A stretch of 64,000 bases of DNA from Candidatus Sumerlaeia bacterium (lineage in GTDB: Bacteria > Sumerlaeota > Sumerlaeia > SLMS01 > JANRJK01), in assembly GCA_033764015.1 (NCBI GenBank), contig JANRJK010000013.1, positions 448,001-512,000 of the forward strand. Reading direction: 5' to 3'. The position numbers were made by a program, and so were the translations under genes. This document shows positions 27,895 through 38,046 of the stretch, piece by piece. Position 1 is the first letter of the stretch. Every line of letters starts with the position of its first letter. The notes under the pieces are model-generated. The model made no database searches. It was not told the DNA's origin and saw nothing but the letters and a program-made list of their open reading frames with translations.

Positions 27895-29750
27895 GCGCTC
27901 CCAACGCACGCTACGTCGTCGGCATCGACCTCGGCACGTCCAACTCGGCGCTCGCCTACGCGCCGATGCCCGGCGATGGCTCCGCGCTCGAACTGCCCAA
28001 AGTCGAACTGCTCAAGGTCGACCAAGTGGCAGCGCCCGGCTCCGTCGAGGCCCGCGAGCTGCTCCCCTCCGTCCTCTACGTCCGCGGCGAGGCGGAACTC
28101 CCCGAAGGCGCGCTGCAGCTTCCTTGGCGCGCGGACCCGGGCTACTGCGTCGGCGCCTTCGCCCGCGAGCAAGGCGCCCGCATCGCCTCGCGGATGATCC
28201 ACTCCGCCAAGTCCTGGCTCTCCCATTCCGGCGTGGACCGGCAGGCGCGCTTCCTCCCGTTCCAGAGCCGCGAGGAGGACGCCAAGCGTTCGCCGGTCGA
28301 GGTCTCCACGGCACTGCTTGAGCACTTCCGCGCCGCCTGGAACCACCGCATGGCGCAAGGCGACGCTTCCACGGACCTCGCGGAGCAGGACATCGTGCTT
28401 TGCGTGCCGGCTTCCTTCGACGCCGCCGCGCGGTCGCTCACCATGGAGGCCGCCACCGCCGCCGGCCTGCGCCACGTCTCGCTCCTCGAAGAGCCGCAGG
28501 CCGCCTTCCACTCCTGGATCGAGCGCGCCGGCGAGGACTGGCGCAAGCGCGTGCGCGTCGGCGACATCGTCCTCGTGGTCGACGTCGGCGGCGGCACCAC
28601 GGACTTCTCGCTCATCGCCGTCAGCGACGCGGGGGGCGAACTCGAACTGCGCCGCCTCGCGGTGGGGGAGCACATCCTCCTCGGCGGCGACAATATGGAC
28701 CTCGCGCTCGCCTACGGCGTCGCGGCCAATCTCGAGGCGGAGCGCGGCAGGAAGCTCGACCCCGCGCAGATGGCCGCGCTGGTGCAGCAGTGCCGCCAGG
28801 GCAAGGAGGCGCTCCTCGCCGACCCGTCGCTCGCCGCGCACCCGATCGCGATCCTCGGCAAGGGCTCCTCCGTCGTCGGCGGCACGATCCGCACGGAGCT
28901 GCGCCGCGAGGGCCTCGAGCAGATGCTCGTGGACGGCTTCTTCCCGCGTTGCGCGCTGGGCGACCGCCCGGCCCGCGCGGCGCGCGCCGGCTTCCGCGAG
29001 GCCGGCCTCCCCTACGCCTCAGACCCGGCGGTGACGCTGCACCTCGCGCGCTTCCTCGGCCAGCAGCACGAGGCCGCCCGCGAGCTGTTCCCCGGCCTCG
29101 CCGACAAGGGCGCGCTGCTCCCCACGGCGATCCTATTCAACGGCGGCGTGTTCAAGGCGCAGCCGCTCCAGCAGCGCGTCCTCGAAGTCGTGGCGTCGTG
29201 GTGCCAGGGGGTCGGCCAGGAGCCGCCCCGCGTGCTCGAGGGCGCCGAACTGGACCTTGCGGTCTCCCGCGGCGCCGCGTATCTCGGCCTCGCAAAGCGC
29301 GGCAAGGGCGTGCGCATCCGCGGCGGCTCGCCGCGCGCCTACTACATCGGCATCGAATCCGCCGCCCCCGCAGTGCCCGGCATGAAGGCCCCCCTCAAGG
29401 CCATGTGCGTCGTCCCCTACGGCATGGAGGAGGGCACCTCCGCCACCATCGACGGGCGAGAGGCGGACCTCTGCGTGTGGACCGGCGAGCCCGCCGCGTT
29501 CCGCTTCCTCAGCAGCACCACCCGCCGCCACGACGCCCCCGGGTCGCTAACCGACGTGGACGCGGAGCAGTTCGAAGAACACCAGGCGATCGAGACCACG
29601 CTCCCCGCGAAGGGCGGCGAACCCCGCCCCGCGGAAGTGGACCTCCGCGCGGAACTCACCGAGATCGGCGTCCTCAACCTGAGCTGCGTCGAACGCGGCG
29701 ACGACCATGAATACCGGCTCGAATTCAATGTAAGGCATCGCGAGGGATAA
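27891..29750 (+). CDS. Atypical Hsp70-family protein
   Basis: GIDLGTSNS, VPASFD, LEEPQAA, DVGGGTTD, LGGDNMD, FNGGV, AVSRGAA; short, non-canonical C-terminus. Confidence 0.92.
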   Translation: MSAPNARYVVGIDLGTSNSALAYAPMPGDGSALELPKVELLKVDQVAAPGSVEARELLPSVLYVRGEAELPEGALQLPWRADPGYCVGAFAREQGARIASRMIHSAKSWLSHSGVDRQARFLPFQSREEDAKRSPVEVSTALLEHFRAAWNHRMAQGDASTDLAEQDIVLCVPASFDAAARSLTMEAATAAGLRHVSLLEEPQAAFHSWIERAGEDWRKRVRVGDIVLVVDVGGGTTDFSLIAVSDAGGELELRRLAVGEHILLGGDNMDLALAYGVAANLEAERGRKLDPAQMAALVQQCRQGKEALLADPSLAAHPIAILGKGSSVVGGTIRTELRREGLEQMLVDGFFPRCALGDRPARAARAGFREAGLPYASDPAVTLHLARFLGQQHEAARELFPGLADKGALLPTAILFNGGVFKAQPLQQRVLEVVASWCQGVGQEPPRVLEGAELDLAVSRGAAYLGLAKRGKGVRIRGGSPRAYYIGIESAAPAVPGMKAPLKAMCVVPYGMEEGTSATIDGREADLCVWTGEPAAFRFLSSTTRRHDAPGSLTDVDAEQFEEHQAIETTLPAKGGEPRPAEVDLRAELTEIGVLNLSCVERGDDHEYRLEFNVRHREG

Positions 29751-29774
29751 CCCGCCGCGGGAGGGACCCCCGGG

Positions 29775-30623
29775 ATGCTGTTCGAGCGGAGGTTCAAAAG
29801 TAGCTGGAACGCCACGCGCCTCCTCGCGGGCGCGTTGCGGGGAAACCCCCTCCTGCGGCTGTGGAACCCGTTCCGGCGCAGGGGGTTTCAGATCTCCTTC
29901 GCGCTGATGCTCGGCGCGATGGCTGTCCACGCGTATCAGGGAATTGTCGACTTCCACCAGTTCCAGACCACCTCCCAGGTGGGTCCCCTCTACTTCGCGA
30001 TCGGAAACGCGTTTGCGGTCCTCGCGGCTCTAGGACCGCTGCTGGTGATCGCAACGGTCCTCTCGGGTTGGGCAGGTCCATTGCCGGGCGGGGAGGACGC
30101 CGACTTGCGGCAACCCCCGCTGAGTTCCGAGCAGTACGCCGCAGCCCGCCTTCTGCTAGTGCTCGGTCCGCTGCTCATCGTGCGATTGGTATTGTACATC
30201 CCCTCCGTTGCTTCCGGCCCTCCAATGGGGTACGCCGCGCTGCCGTTCTGGGTGGTCGAGTCCGCTCTCGTCTACTCTTACCGGATCGCATCCGGTGTGA
30301 CTCTGCTGGCTTTGCCAACGTACTACATCGCGCGGCGGATCCCGAGCCGGGTGGGGGCCGGCCTCCTTTCGATCATGGCCTCAATGCTACTCAGCTACGC
30401 ATTCTGGTTTCTCGTTGATAGCATGGGCCCCCTCGCTTGGGGCCGCCGCTACGACCGGCACATGAGCGTTTTCAGACCCAACCTCCACGAGTTACTCCAG
30501 AGGCTCGATCCGTGGTGGGACTCGCTCTGCCACCTCGGCCTCGCCTTCTTACTCGCCCCGCCATCATCCGCGTTCTTGGCGACCCGGAGCCGCTCCCGCC
30601 CATCGAGCCTTGGCGTCGGCTGA
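29775..30623 (+). CDS. Hypothetical multi-pass membrane protein
   Basis: About 6 hydrophobic segments; codon usage is visibly more AT-rich than the flanking genes. Confidence 0.55.
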   Translation: MLFERRFKSSWNATRLLAGALRGNPLLRLWNPFRRRGFQISFALMLGAMAVHAYQGIVDFHQFQTTSQVGPLYFAIGNAFAVLAALGPLLVIATVLSGWAGPLPGGEDADLRQPPLSSEQYAAARLLLVLGPLLIVRLVLYIPSVASGPPMGYAALPFWVVESALVYSYRIASGVTLLALPTYYIARRIPSRVGAGLLSIMASMLLSYAFWFLVDSMGPLAWGRRYDRHMSVFRPNLHELLQRLDPWWDSLCHLGLAFLLAPPSSAFLATRSRSRPSSLGVG

Positions 30624-30714
30624 AAGCGCTCCTCTACCGCGGGGCCCCCCTTGCCGTTGACGCTACGGGGCGCCGCGGTCTCCCCTGACGCATCCTCGGC
30701 GCCCAGGAGCGACG

Positions 30715-31785
30715 ATGCCTTCCGACTATATTGTGGTGACGCTCGACAGCAGCGAGCTGCTCGATTTCTGCGGCCCGAACGACAGCAACATCCGCCACCT
30801 CGAAAAGAAGTTCGGCTTCCGCATCGTCACCCGCGGGAACAAGCTCCTGGTTCCGAAGAACGCCCCCCGCGCGGAAGACGCGCTCGCGGTGATCCAGTCG
30901 ATCCTCGAAGTCCAGCGCAAGCGCGGCCGCATCACCACCACGCAGTTCCGCCAAGCCCTCACCCGCGCCGTGGCGCGCATCGAGGAGGAGGCGGCGGAGC
31001 CCGAGGCGGAAGCGCCGGAGAGCGCCGCGGAGGCCCCCGCGAAGTCCGCGAAGCGCGAGCGCGACATCCTGGTGGACCATCTCGGGCCCGACGTGCCGAT
31101 GGTCCTGCAGCGCTCGAAGACCATCCTCAGCCTCACCGACGCGCAGCGGAAGTACCTGTCCACGATCCGCGAGCACGACATCACCTTCGCCATCGGCCCC
31201 GCCGGCACCGGCAAGACCTACCTCGCCGTCGCCATGGCGGTGGACTACCTGCTGCGCGGCGAGGTGAGCCGCATCATCCTCTGCCGCCCCGCGGTCGAGG
31301 CCGGCGAGAAGCTCGGCTTCCTTCCCGGCGACCTCTCGCAGAAGCTCGACCCCTACGTCCGCCCGCTGTGGGACGCGCTCTACGAGATGCTCGAAGTGGA
31401 CAAGACCAAGGACTTCTTCGAGAAGGGCATCATCGAGATCGCGCCGCTCGCCTTCATGCGCGGACGCACGCTCAACAAGGCCTTCGTGATCCTCGACGAG
31501 GGGCAGAACACGTCCTCCGAGCAGATGAAGATGTTCCTCACCCGCCTCGGCAACGGCTCCAAGATGGTCATCACCGGCGACATCACGCAGATCGACCTGC
31601 CGCAGAGCCAGCGCTCCGGCCTGATCCAAGTGCGGAAGGTCCTGGCCGAGACGCCGGGTATCGGCTTCGCCAGCTTCACCCAGCGCGACGTGAAGCGGAA
31701 CGAGCTGGTGATGCGCGTGGTGAAGGCCTACGAGGCGTGGGAGGCGGGGCTCACCGAGGATCCCTCGGGCAAGCACCGCCTCTGA
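30715..31785 (+). CDS. phoH: PhoH-family ATPase
   Basis: GPAGTGKTYLAVA, RPAVEAGEKLGFLPGD, APLAFMRGRTL, ILDEGQN, TGDITQIDLP. Confidence 0.95.
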   Translation: MPSDYIVVTLDSSELLDFCGPNDSNIRHLEKKFGFRIVTRGNKLLVPKNAPRAEDALAVIQSILEVQRKRGRITTTQFRQALTRAVARIEEEAAEPEAEAPESAAEAPAKSAKRERDILVDHLGPDVPMVLQRSKTILSLTDAQRKYLSTIREHDITFAIGPAGTGKTYLAVAMAVDYLLRGEVSRIILCRPAVEAGEKLGFLPGDLSQKLDPYVRPLWDALYEMLEVDKTKDFFEKGIIEIAPLAFMRGRTLNKAFVILDEGQNTSSEQMKMFLTRLGNGSKMVITGDITQIDLPQSQRSGLIQVRKVLAETPGIGFASFTQRDVKRNELVMRVVKAYEAWEAGLTEDPSGKHRL

Positions 31786-31869
31786 TCGGGGGCGATTCGT
31801 GTTGTCGCTGTCCCGGCGGTTCCGGGCAATGGCCGGTGAAGGGCCGCATCCCACCGACCGCGTAGCCGC

Positions 31870-34146
31870 TTGAAAGTCTCCCCCTTCACCCCGAAGCGCC
31901 GGCGCGCGCCGATCCAGTCGCTCGAGTCGTCCTGGCTCTCCGCGGCGGCGCCATGGCTCTGCCTCGTGGCCATCTTCGCGGCGGTCTCGATCCTGGTCTC
32001 CCCCTTCTACTTCCGCCTGCCGCCGGTCCTCGAACCGGGCGCGCGGATCGCCGAGACCATCGTCGCCGAGGTGCCGTTCGCCTTCGAGTCCGCGGAGGCC
32101 CGCGCCGCCTGGGAGGAGGAGCGCCGGCTCCGCCACGACCAGGTCTACGTGTACGATTCCCGCGCGGAGGATGAGGCGCGGCTGGCGCTCGAGGAGCTGC
32201 TGGAGCGCACCGCCGGAACCGCCGCCGACCCGTCGGCCGAGGGGCCGCCGCCCCCCCCCACCCTCCTCGCCGATCTTTCCGCTGCGGAGCGCGCCGCGGC
32301 GCCGGGCCTCGCCGCGTCGCCCGCATTCCGGCAGGCGCTGCTCAACACCCTGCGCCGCACCTACACCGAATTCATCGTCACGGAAAGCAAGACGCAGTAC
32401 CTCGGGCATGTGCAGCGCGGCGTCGCCCGCATCGTGAACCTCGACCGCGCCCCGGCCCAGGCGGTGGAGGCGGCGCGCCTGGTCTCCTTCCCCCTCGGCT
32501 GGCGCGAGATGACCGGCAACCTGCTCCGCGACCAGTTCTCCGGCCTCGGCGTCGCCGATCCGCACGCGGGACCGGTCGCGCTCGCGATGCTCGCGGGCGC
32601 CGTGGTCCCCGGCCTGTCCTACGACGAGGAGCGCACGCTCACCGCCCGGGAGCGCTTCCAGCTCCCCGTGCCGAAGCAGCGCTACGAGACCGGCGCGGTC
32701 CTGCTGGACGCCAGCGAAGGGCGCCGCGTGGCGAGCGCGTCGGACGCGGAGATGCTCGCCGCGCACCGCGCCGCCGTCGAACGGGACCACCGCTACCGCC
32801 TCGGCGCGCACCTCGGCTATGTCGCCGTCGTCTTCATCCTCTTCGGCACCTACATCCGGAAGTTCCGGCAGACCTTCAAGTTCTCCGTCCGCGAGCTGCT
32901 GCTGCAGGCGCTCCCGGTGCTGCTCGCGCTCGCCATCAGCTTCCCCTTCGTGCTCTTTTCCGACTCCGACACGCTGCTGGCGGCGGGCATCTTCCCCGCG
33001 GGCGTGGTCGGCATGCTCGGCGTGCTGCTGCTCGATATGCGGTTCGCGCTCCAGCTCGTCACCTGGGGCTGCATCCTGTACGGCCTCCAGTCGGGCATGC
33101 GGTTCGACGCGCTCGCCGTCTCGCTCTTCGGCGGCTACACCGCCGTGGCGGCGCTGCACTCGATCCGCGAGCGGCGCGAGGTGGTCCTCGCGGGCTTCTA
33201 CATCGGCGCCGTCAACGCGGCCTCCCTCGCGATCCTCCACTTCATCGAACGCCCCGAGCACCTGTCGCAGCTCTTCGGCACGCTGCCGGTCCTCCACCTG
33301 CTCCTCGCCTTCGTCGCCGGCGTCGCGACCGCGCTCGTCACCATCGCCGTGCTGCCGTTGATCGAGATCGCCTTCGACGTGACGACGGACCTGCGGCTCC
33401 TCGAGCTCTCCGGCCTGCAGCACCCGCTGCTGCTGAAGCTCGAGGACGAGGCCCCCGGCACCTGGCAGCACACGCTCAACGTCGCGAAGCTGGCCGAGGC
33501 CGCGGCCACGGAGATCGGGGTCAACGCGCTGCTCGTCCGCACCGGCTGCCTCTTCCACGACATCGGCAAGATGTCGAAGCCGGAGTACTTCACCGAGAAC
33601 CAGGTCACCGCCGACGACAAGATGCGGCACACCACGCTCAAGCCGCAGATCTCGACGCTCATCATCCGCAACCACGTGAAGGAAGGCGTCGAAATGGCCA
33701 AGCGCGCCGGCCTCCCCGAGCGCGTCATGGACTTCATCCCACAGCACCACGGCACCTGCCTGATCACCTACTTCTACGGCAAGGCGCTCTCCGAGGCGCA
33801 GCGCGGCGACAAGCGCGAAACCGTCCGCGAGGACGACTACCGCTATCCCGGCCCCAAGCCGCAGTCGATCGAGGCCGCCATCGTCATGCTCGCGGACGCC
33901 GTCGAGGCGACCAGCACCGCCAAGTTCTCCTCGCGCACGGTCCGCCCGGAGGAGGTCCGCCAGCTCGTCCACGCCATCGTGATGGAGAAGTTCAACGACG
34001 GCCAGTTCGACGAATGCAACATGACCATGTCGGACCTGAACTCGATCCGCGAGAGCCTTGTGCGCACGCTGCTCTCGCGCTTCCACACGCGCATCGACTA
34101 CCCGAAGGTCCACACCGCCGCGGAGGGCCAGCGCGCGCTCGGCTGA
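31870..34146 (+). CDS. 7TM-HD phosphohydrolase (PgpH-like cyclic-di-AMP phosphodiesterase family)
   Basis: Extracytoplasmic domain plus 7 TM; APGTWQH, FHDIGK, QHHGT, YRYPGPKPQS, MLADAVEA; located downstream of phoH. The TTG start is uncertain. Confidence 0.9.
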   Translation: MKVSPFTPKRRRAPIQSLESSWLSAAAPWLCLVAIFAAVSILVSPFYFRLPPVLEPGARIAETIVAEVPFAFESAEARAAWEEERRLRHDQVYVYDSRAEDEARLALEELLERTAGTAADPSAEGPPPPPTLLADLSAAERAAAPGLAASPAFRQALLNTLRRTYTEFIVTESKTQYLGHVQRGVARIVNLDRAPAQAVEAARLVSFPLGWREMTGNLLRDQFSGLGVADPHAGPVALAMLAGAVVPGLSYDEERTLTARERFQLPVPKQRYETGAVLLDASEGRRVASASDAEMLAAHRAAVERDHRYRLGAHLGYVAVVFILFGTYIRKFRQTFKFSVRELLLQALPVLLALAISFPFVLFSDSDTLLAAGIFPAGVVGMLGVLLLDMRFALQLVTWGCILYGLQSGMRFDALAVSLFGGYTAVAALHSIRERREVVLAGFYIGAVNAASLAILHFIERPEHLSQLFGTLPVLHLLLAFVAGVATALVTIAVLPLIEIAFDVTTDLRLLELSGLQHPLLLKLEDEAPGTWQHTLNVAKLAEAAATEIGVNALLVRTGCLFHDIGKMSKPEYFTENQVTADDKMRHTTLKPQISTLIIRNHVKEGVEMAKRAGLPERVMDFIPQHHGTCLITYFYGKALSEAQRGDKRETVREDDYRYPGPKPQSIEAAIVMLADAVEATSTAKFSSRTVRPEEVRQLVHAIVMEKFNDGQFDECNMTMSDLNSIRESLVRTLLSRFHTRIDYPKVHTAAEGQRALG

Positions 34147-34257
34147 CGGGCTGGAACGGCGATTGCCTCCCTTACCGCCCCGGTATTGCCTGACCCCTGC
34201 CCCGGGACGCCCCGTCCCGTGGAACACACACGCCGCGCGAGAAAGCCCGACCACCGC

Positions 34258-35121
34258 ATGTCCGAACCGCAGATGCTCCGCTTCGCACTCCCCAAGGGCC
34301 GCATGGAGGAAGGCGTCCGCCGCCTCCTCGCCGACGCGGGGATCCACCTGCGCGCGGGAAGCCGGAGCTACCGCCCGAAGCTGAGCATCCCCGGCGTCGA
34401 GGTGAAGATCCTCAAGCCGCAGAACATCGTCGAGATGCTCCAGTTCGGCTCCCGCGACATCGGCTTCGCCGGCGCGGACTGGGTGGAGGAACTCGGCGGG
34501 GGAGTTGTCGAACTGCTCGACACCGGCCTCGACCCGGTCCGCCTCGTCGCCGCCGCCCCGAAGGAACTCGTGCCCGGCTGGAAGTCGCGCCGGTCGCTCG
34601 TCGTCGCATCGGAGTACGAGAAGACCACGCGCCGCTGGATCGCCGATTCGGGCATCGACGCGCGCTTCGTCCGCTCCTTCGGCGCCACAGAGGTCTTCCC
34701 GCCGGAGGACGCCGACATCATCGTGGACAACACGGCGACCGGCTCGACGCTGGAGGCGAACGGCCTCGAGATCATCGCTGAGCTCATGCGGAGCACCACC
34801 CGCTTCTACGCCCACCCCGCCGCGCTCGACGACGCGGAGAAGCGCGAGGGCATCGAACGCCTCGTGCTGCTGATGCGCTCCGTCCTCACGGCGCGCGACC
34901 GGGTCATGGTCGAGGTGAACGTCGAAGCATCGAAGCTCGAGGCGGTCTGCGCGGCTCTGCCCTGCATGCGCGAGCCCACCATCGCGCAGCTCCACGGCGA
35001 CGCCGGCTACGCGGTGAAGGCCGCCGTCCGCAAGAGCGACCTGCCGCGCATCATTCCGGACATCAAGGCGCGCGGCGGGTGCGACATCGTCGTCACCGCC
35101 CTCGCGCAGATCGTCCCGTGA
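34258..35121 (+). CDS. hisG: ATP phosphoribosyltransferase (long form)
   Basis: LRFALPKGRM, GADWVEE, FGATEVFPP, IVDNTATGSTLEANGL; C-terminal regulatory domain. Confidence 0.95.
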   Translation: MSEPQMLRFALPKGRMEEGVRRLLADAGIHLRAGSRSYRPKLSIPGVEVKILKPQNIVEMLQFGSRDIGFAGADWVEELGGGVVELLDTGLDPVRLVAAAPKELVPGWKSRRSLVVASEYEKTTRRWIADSGIDARFVRSFGATEVFPPEDADIIVDNTATGSTLEANGLEIIAELMRSTTRFYAHPAALDDAEKREGIERLVLLMRSVLTARDRVMVEVNVEASKLEAVCAALPCMREPTIAQLHGDAGYAVKAAVRKSDLPRIIPDIKARGGCDIVVTALAQIVP

Positions 35122-36848
35122 GCGGCCCGCCAAGCCCACCCGCCTGGCTCGCGGCCGGCGTCGCCTCCATCAGCTCCTACAAGACACCGCAGCACGGAGC
35201 GCCCATCGACCTGCGCCTCGACGCGAACGAGGGCGCGACGCCGCCCCGCGCGCTCGCGGACGCGGTCGCCGCCGCCGCGCCGGATGTCTTCCGCCGCTAC
35301 CCCGACGCCACGGAGCTGGCCGAGCTCCTCGCCGAGCGCTTCGCCGTCGCGCCGAACCAGGTGCTCGTCACCGCCGGCGCGGACGACGGGCTCGACCGTG
35401 CGATGCGGGCCACGCTCGGGCCGGGGCGGACGCTCCTAGCCACCGATCCCACCTTCGAGATGATCCCCCGCTACGCCGCCATCGCGGGCGGCGCCGTGCG
35501 CTTCGTCCCCTGGCCGCGGGCGCCCTTTCCGACGGAAGCCATCGTTGCCGCCATCGACGACACCACGCGCTGCGTCGCCGTGGTTTCGCCCAACAACCCG
35601 ACCGGCCTCGCCGCCACCGCCGACGACCTGCGCCGGGTCTCGGCCGCCGCCCCGCGCGCGCTCGTGGTGCTCGACCACGCCTACGCGGAGTTCGGCGACG
35701 AGGACCTCACCGCCGCGGCGCTAGCGCTGCCGAACGTCGTCGTCGCGCGCACGCTGTCGAAGGCGTGGGGCCTAGCGGGATTGCGCGTCGGCTATCTCGT
35801 CGGGCGGCCGGAGCACATCGCCGCGTTCCGCGCGGCGGGCGGACCCTACGCCGTCTCGCGCCCCTCGGTCGCTGTGGCGCTCGCGCACCTGCGGAGCGGC
35901 GAGCCGGCCATGCACCGATTCGTCTCGACCGTTCGGCACGAGCGCGACGGCCTCCGCGCGGAGCTCGAACGCCTCGGCGCCGAGTGCACCCCCTCGCAGG
36001 CCAACTGCGTGTTCGTGCGCACTCCCCGCGCGCACTGGCTCTGGCAGGCGCTCGCCGGCCTCGGCATCGCGGTCCGCGCGTTCCCCGGACGCCCGGGGCT
36101 CGAGGACGCGCTGCGCATTTCGCTCCCCGGCGACGCGGGGTCCTTCGACCGCCTCCTCGAAGGCTGCCTCGCCGCGCTCGCGCCGGAGGTCCTCCTCTTC
36201 GACCTGGACGGCGTGCTGGCGGACGTGTCGCAGTCCTACCGCCGCGCGATCGTGGAGACCTGCGCCCACTACGGCGTGACCGCCACCCGCGAGGACGTCG
36301 CGCGGGCCAAGGCCGCCGGCAACGCGAACAACGACTGGGTGCTCACGCGGCGCCTGCTCGCGGCCCGCGGCGTCGATGTGCCGCTCGCCGATGTGACCGC
36401 CCGCTTCGAGTTGTTCTACCAAGGCACCGACGCCTCGCCCGGCCTACGGCGGCTGGAATCGCTGATCGGAGGCGCCGGAATGGTGGCGCGCCTCGCCGCC
36501 CGCCTCCCCCTTGGCATCGTCACGGGACGCCCCCGCGCGGACGCGGAGCGCTTCCTCCACGAGCACGGCATCGCGCACCACTTCCGCGGCGTCGTCGCCA
36601 TGGAGGACGGGCCGGCCAAGCCCGACCCCGCGCCGGTTCGCCTGTTGCTGGAGCGGCTGGGCGCGAAGCGCGCCTGGCTGGTGGGCGACACCGTCGACGA
36701 CGTGCGCGCGGCGCGCGCGGCCGGCGTGGTCCCGATCGGCGTCCCCGCGCCGGGCGACGACGCCGGAACCGCGCGCCCCGTCTTGACCGCCGCGGGCGCC
36801 GCCCGTGTCCTTGAATCGATCGACGAGCTGGAGCGACTCCTCCCATGA
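35118..36848 (+). CDS. hisC: Fusion of histidinol-phosphate aminotransferase and a HAD-superfamily phosphatase
   Basis: [36 protein letters not shown]; then in frame [28 protein letters not shown]. Confidence 0.92.
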   Translation: MSGPPSPPAWLAAGVASISSYKTPQHGAPIDLRLDANEGATPPRALADAVAAAAPDVFRRYPDATELAELLAERFAVAPNQVLVTAGADDGLDRAMRATLGPGRTLLATDPTFEMIPRYAAIAGGAVRFVPWPRAPFPTEAIVAAIDDTTRCVAVVSPNNPTGLAATADDLRRVSAAAPRALVVLDHAYAEFGDEDLTAAALALPNVVVARTLSKAWGLAGLRVGYLVGRPEHIAAFRAAGGPYAVSRPSVAVALAHLRSGEPAMHRFVSTVRHERDGLRAELERLGAECTPSQANCVFVRTPRAHWLWQALAGLGIAVRAFPGRPGLEDALRISLPGDAGSFDRLLEGCLAALAPEVLLFDLDGVLADVSQSYRRAIVETCAHYGVTATREDVARAKAAGNANNDWVLTRRLLAARGVDVPLADVTARFELFYQGTDASPGLRRLESLIGGAGMVARLAARLPLGIVTGRPRADAERFLHEHGIAHHFRGVVAMEDGPAKPDPAPVRLLLERLGAKRAWLVGDTVDDVRAARAAGVVPIGVPAPGDDAGTARPVLTAAGAARVLESIDELERLLP

Positions 36849-37432
36849 AGCCACGCACCGCCACTATCGAGCGCAAGACCGGCGAAACCGACATCGCTGT
36901 CGAACTCACCCTCGACGGCTCCGGTCGGAGCGATATCTCCACCGGAATCGGTTTCCTCGACCACATGCTGACGGCGCTCGCGAAGCACGCCCGCTTCGAC
37001 GTGACGCTCCGCTGCAGCGGGGACCTGCACGTGGACGACCACCACTCCGCGGAGGACTGCGCACTCGCGCTCGGCGCCGCCTTCGACAAGGCGCTTGGCG
37101 ACCGGCGGGGGATCCGGCGCTTCGGCCACGCCTACGCGCCGCTCGACGAGGCGCTCAGCCGGGCCGTCGCCGACCTGTCGGGGCGACCGTTCGCGCACGT
37201 CGAGCTCGGCATCGCGCGCGACCGCATCGGCGACCTCTCCGGCGAGATGGTCGGCCACGTCCTGGCGTCCTTCGCCACCGCCGCGCGCATCACGCTCCAC
37301 GTCGACACGATCCGCGGCGCCAACGACCACCACCGCGCCGAGTCCGCCTTCAAGGCGCTCGCGCTCGCGCTCCGGCAAGCGGTGGCGCGCGACGCCTTCG
37401 ACGACGTACCCAGCACCAAGGGCGCCCTTTGA
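36845..37432 (+). CDS. hisB: Imidazoleglycerol-phosphate dehydratase (monofunctional)
   Basis: [40 protein letters not shown]. Confidence 0.97.
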   Translation: MKPRTATIERKTGETDIAVELTLDGSGRSDISTGIGFLDHMLTALAKHARFDVTLRCSGDLHVDDHHSAEDCALALGAAFDKALGDRRGIRRFGHAYAPLDEALSRAVADLSGRPFAHVELGIARDRIGDLSGEMVGHVLASFATAARITLHVDTIRGANDHHRAESAFKALALALRQAVARDAFDDVPSTKGAL

Positions 37433-38046
37433 TGACACAGTCAACGGTCGCCGTCGTGCGCACCGGCACCGCCAACCTCGCCTCCGTCGCCGTCGCCCTG
37501 CGGCGGCGCGGGGTGGAGCACCGCTTCGCCGACTCGCCGCGCGACATCCTCGACGCCCCCGCGCTCGTGCTCCCCGGCGTCGGCGCCTTCAAGGCCGCCA
37601 TGGACGAGCTGGACGCGCGCGGCTTTTCCGCGGCGCTCCGCGAGCGCGTCGCAGCCGGCGCGCCGACGCTCGCCATCTGCCTCGGCCTCCAGCTTTTCGC
37701 CCGCTCCAGCGAGGAATCACCCGGCGCCGAGGGCCTGGGCGCCGTGCCCGGAGCGGTGCGCCGGCTCGAAGGGGACGTCCGGATCCCGCAGCTCGGGTGG
37801 AACCTCGTGGAGCCCGACCCCGGTTGCGGACTCGTCGAGGCGGGGCATGCCTACTACGCGAACTCCTACGCGCTGCGCGAGCGGCCCGATGGCTGGAGCG
37901 CCGCGTGGACCACGCACGGCGTGCGCTTCGTCGCCGCCCTCGAGCGCGGCCCGGTCCTAGCCTGCCAGTTCCACCCGGAGCTGAGCGGCCCCTGGGGTGC
38001 GGCGCTCCTCGCGCGCTGGCTCGCGCAGGCGGGCGTCGCATGCTGA
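37432..38046 (+). CDS. hisH: IGP synthase glutaminase subunit
   Basis: NLASV, LPGVGAF, ICLGLQ, PQLGWN, QFHPE. Confidence 0.95.
   Translation: MTQSTVAVVRTGTANLASVAVALRRRGVEHRFADSPRDILDAPALVLPGVGAFKAAMDELDARGFSAALRERVAAGAPTLAICLGLQLFARSSEESPGAEGLGAVPGAVRRLEGDVRIPQLGWNLVEPDPGCGLVEAGHAYYANSYALRERPDGWSAAWTTHGVRFVAALERGPVLACQFHPELSGPWGAALLARWLAQAGVAC

Noticed and set aside
34147..34257. Possible His leader peptide, attenuator or riboswitch upstream of hisG
   Set aside because: There is no run of His codons, no terminator/antiterminator pair and no recognisable riboswitch consensus.
30634..35139. 1501-aa minus-strand ORF, and similar long ORFs such as 45241-48426, 23162-26098 and 6414-8909
   Set aside because: These are antisense shadows of well-supported genes, caused by high GC and codon bias. 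They have no motifs of their own.
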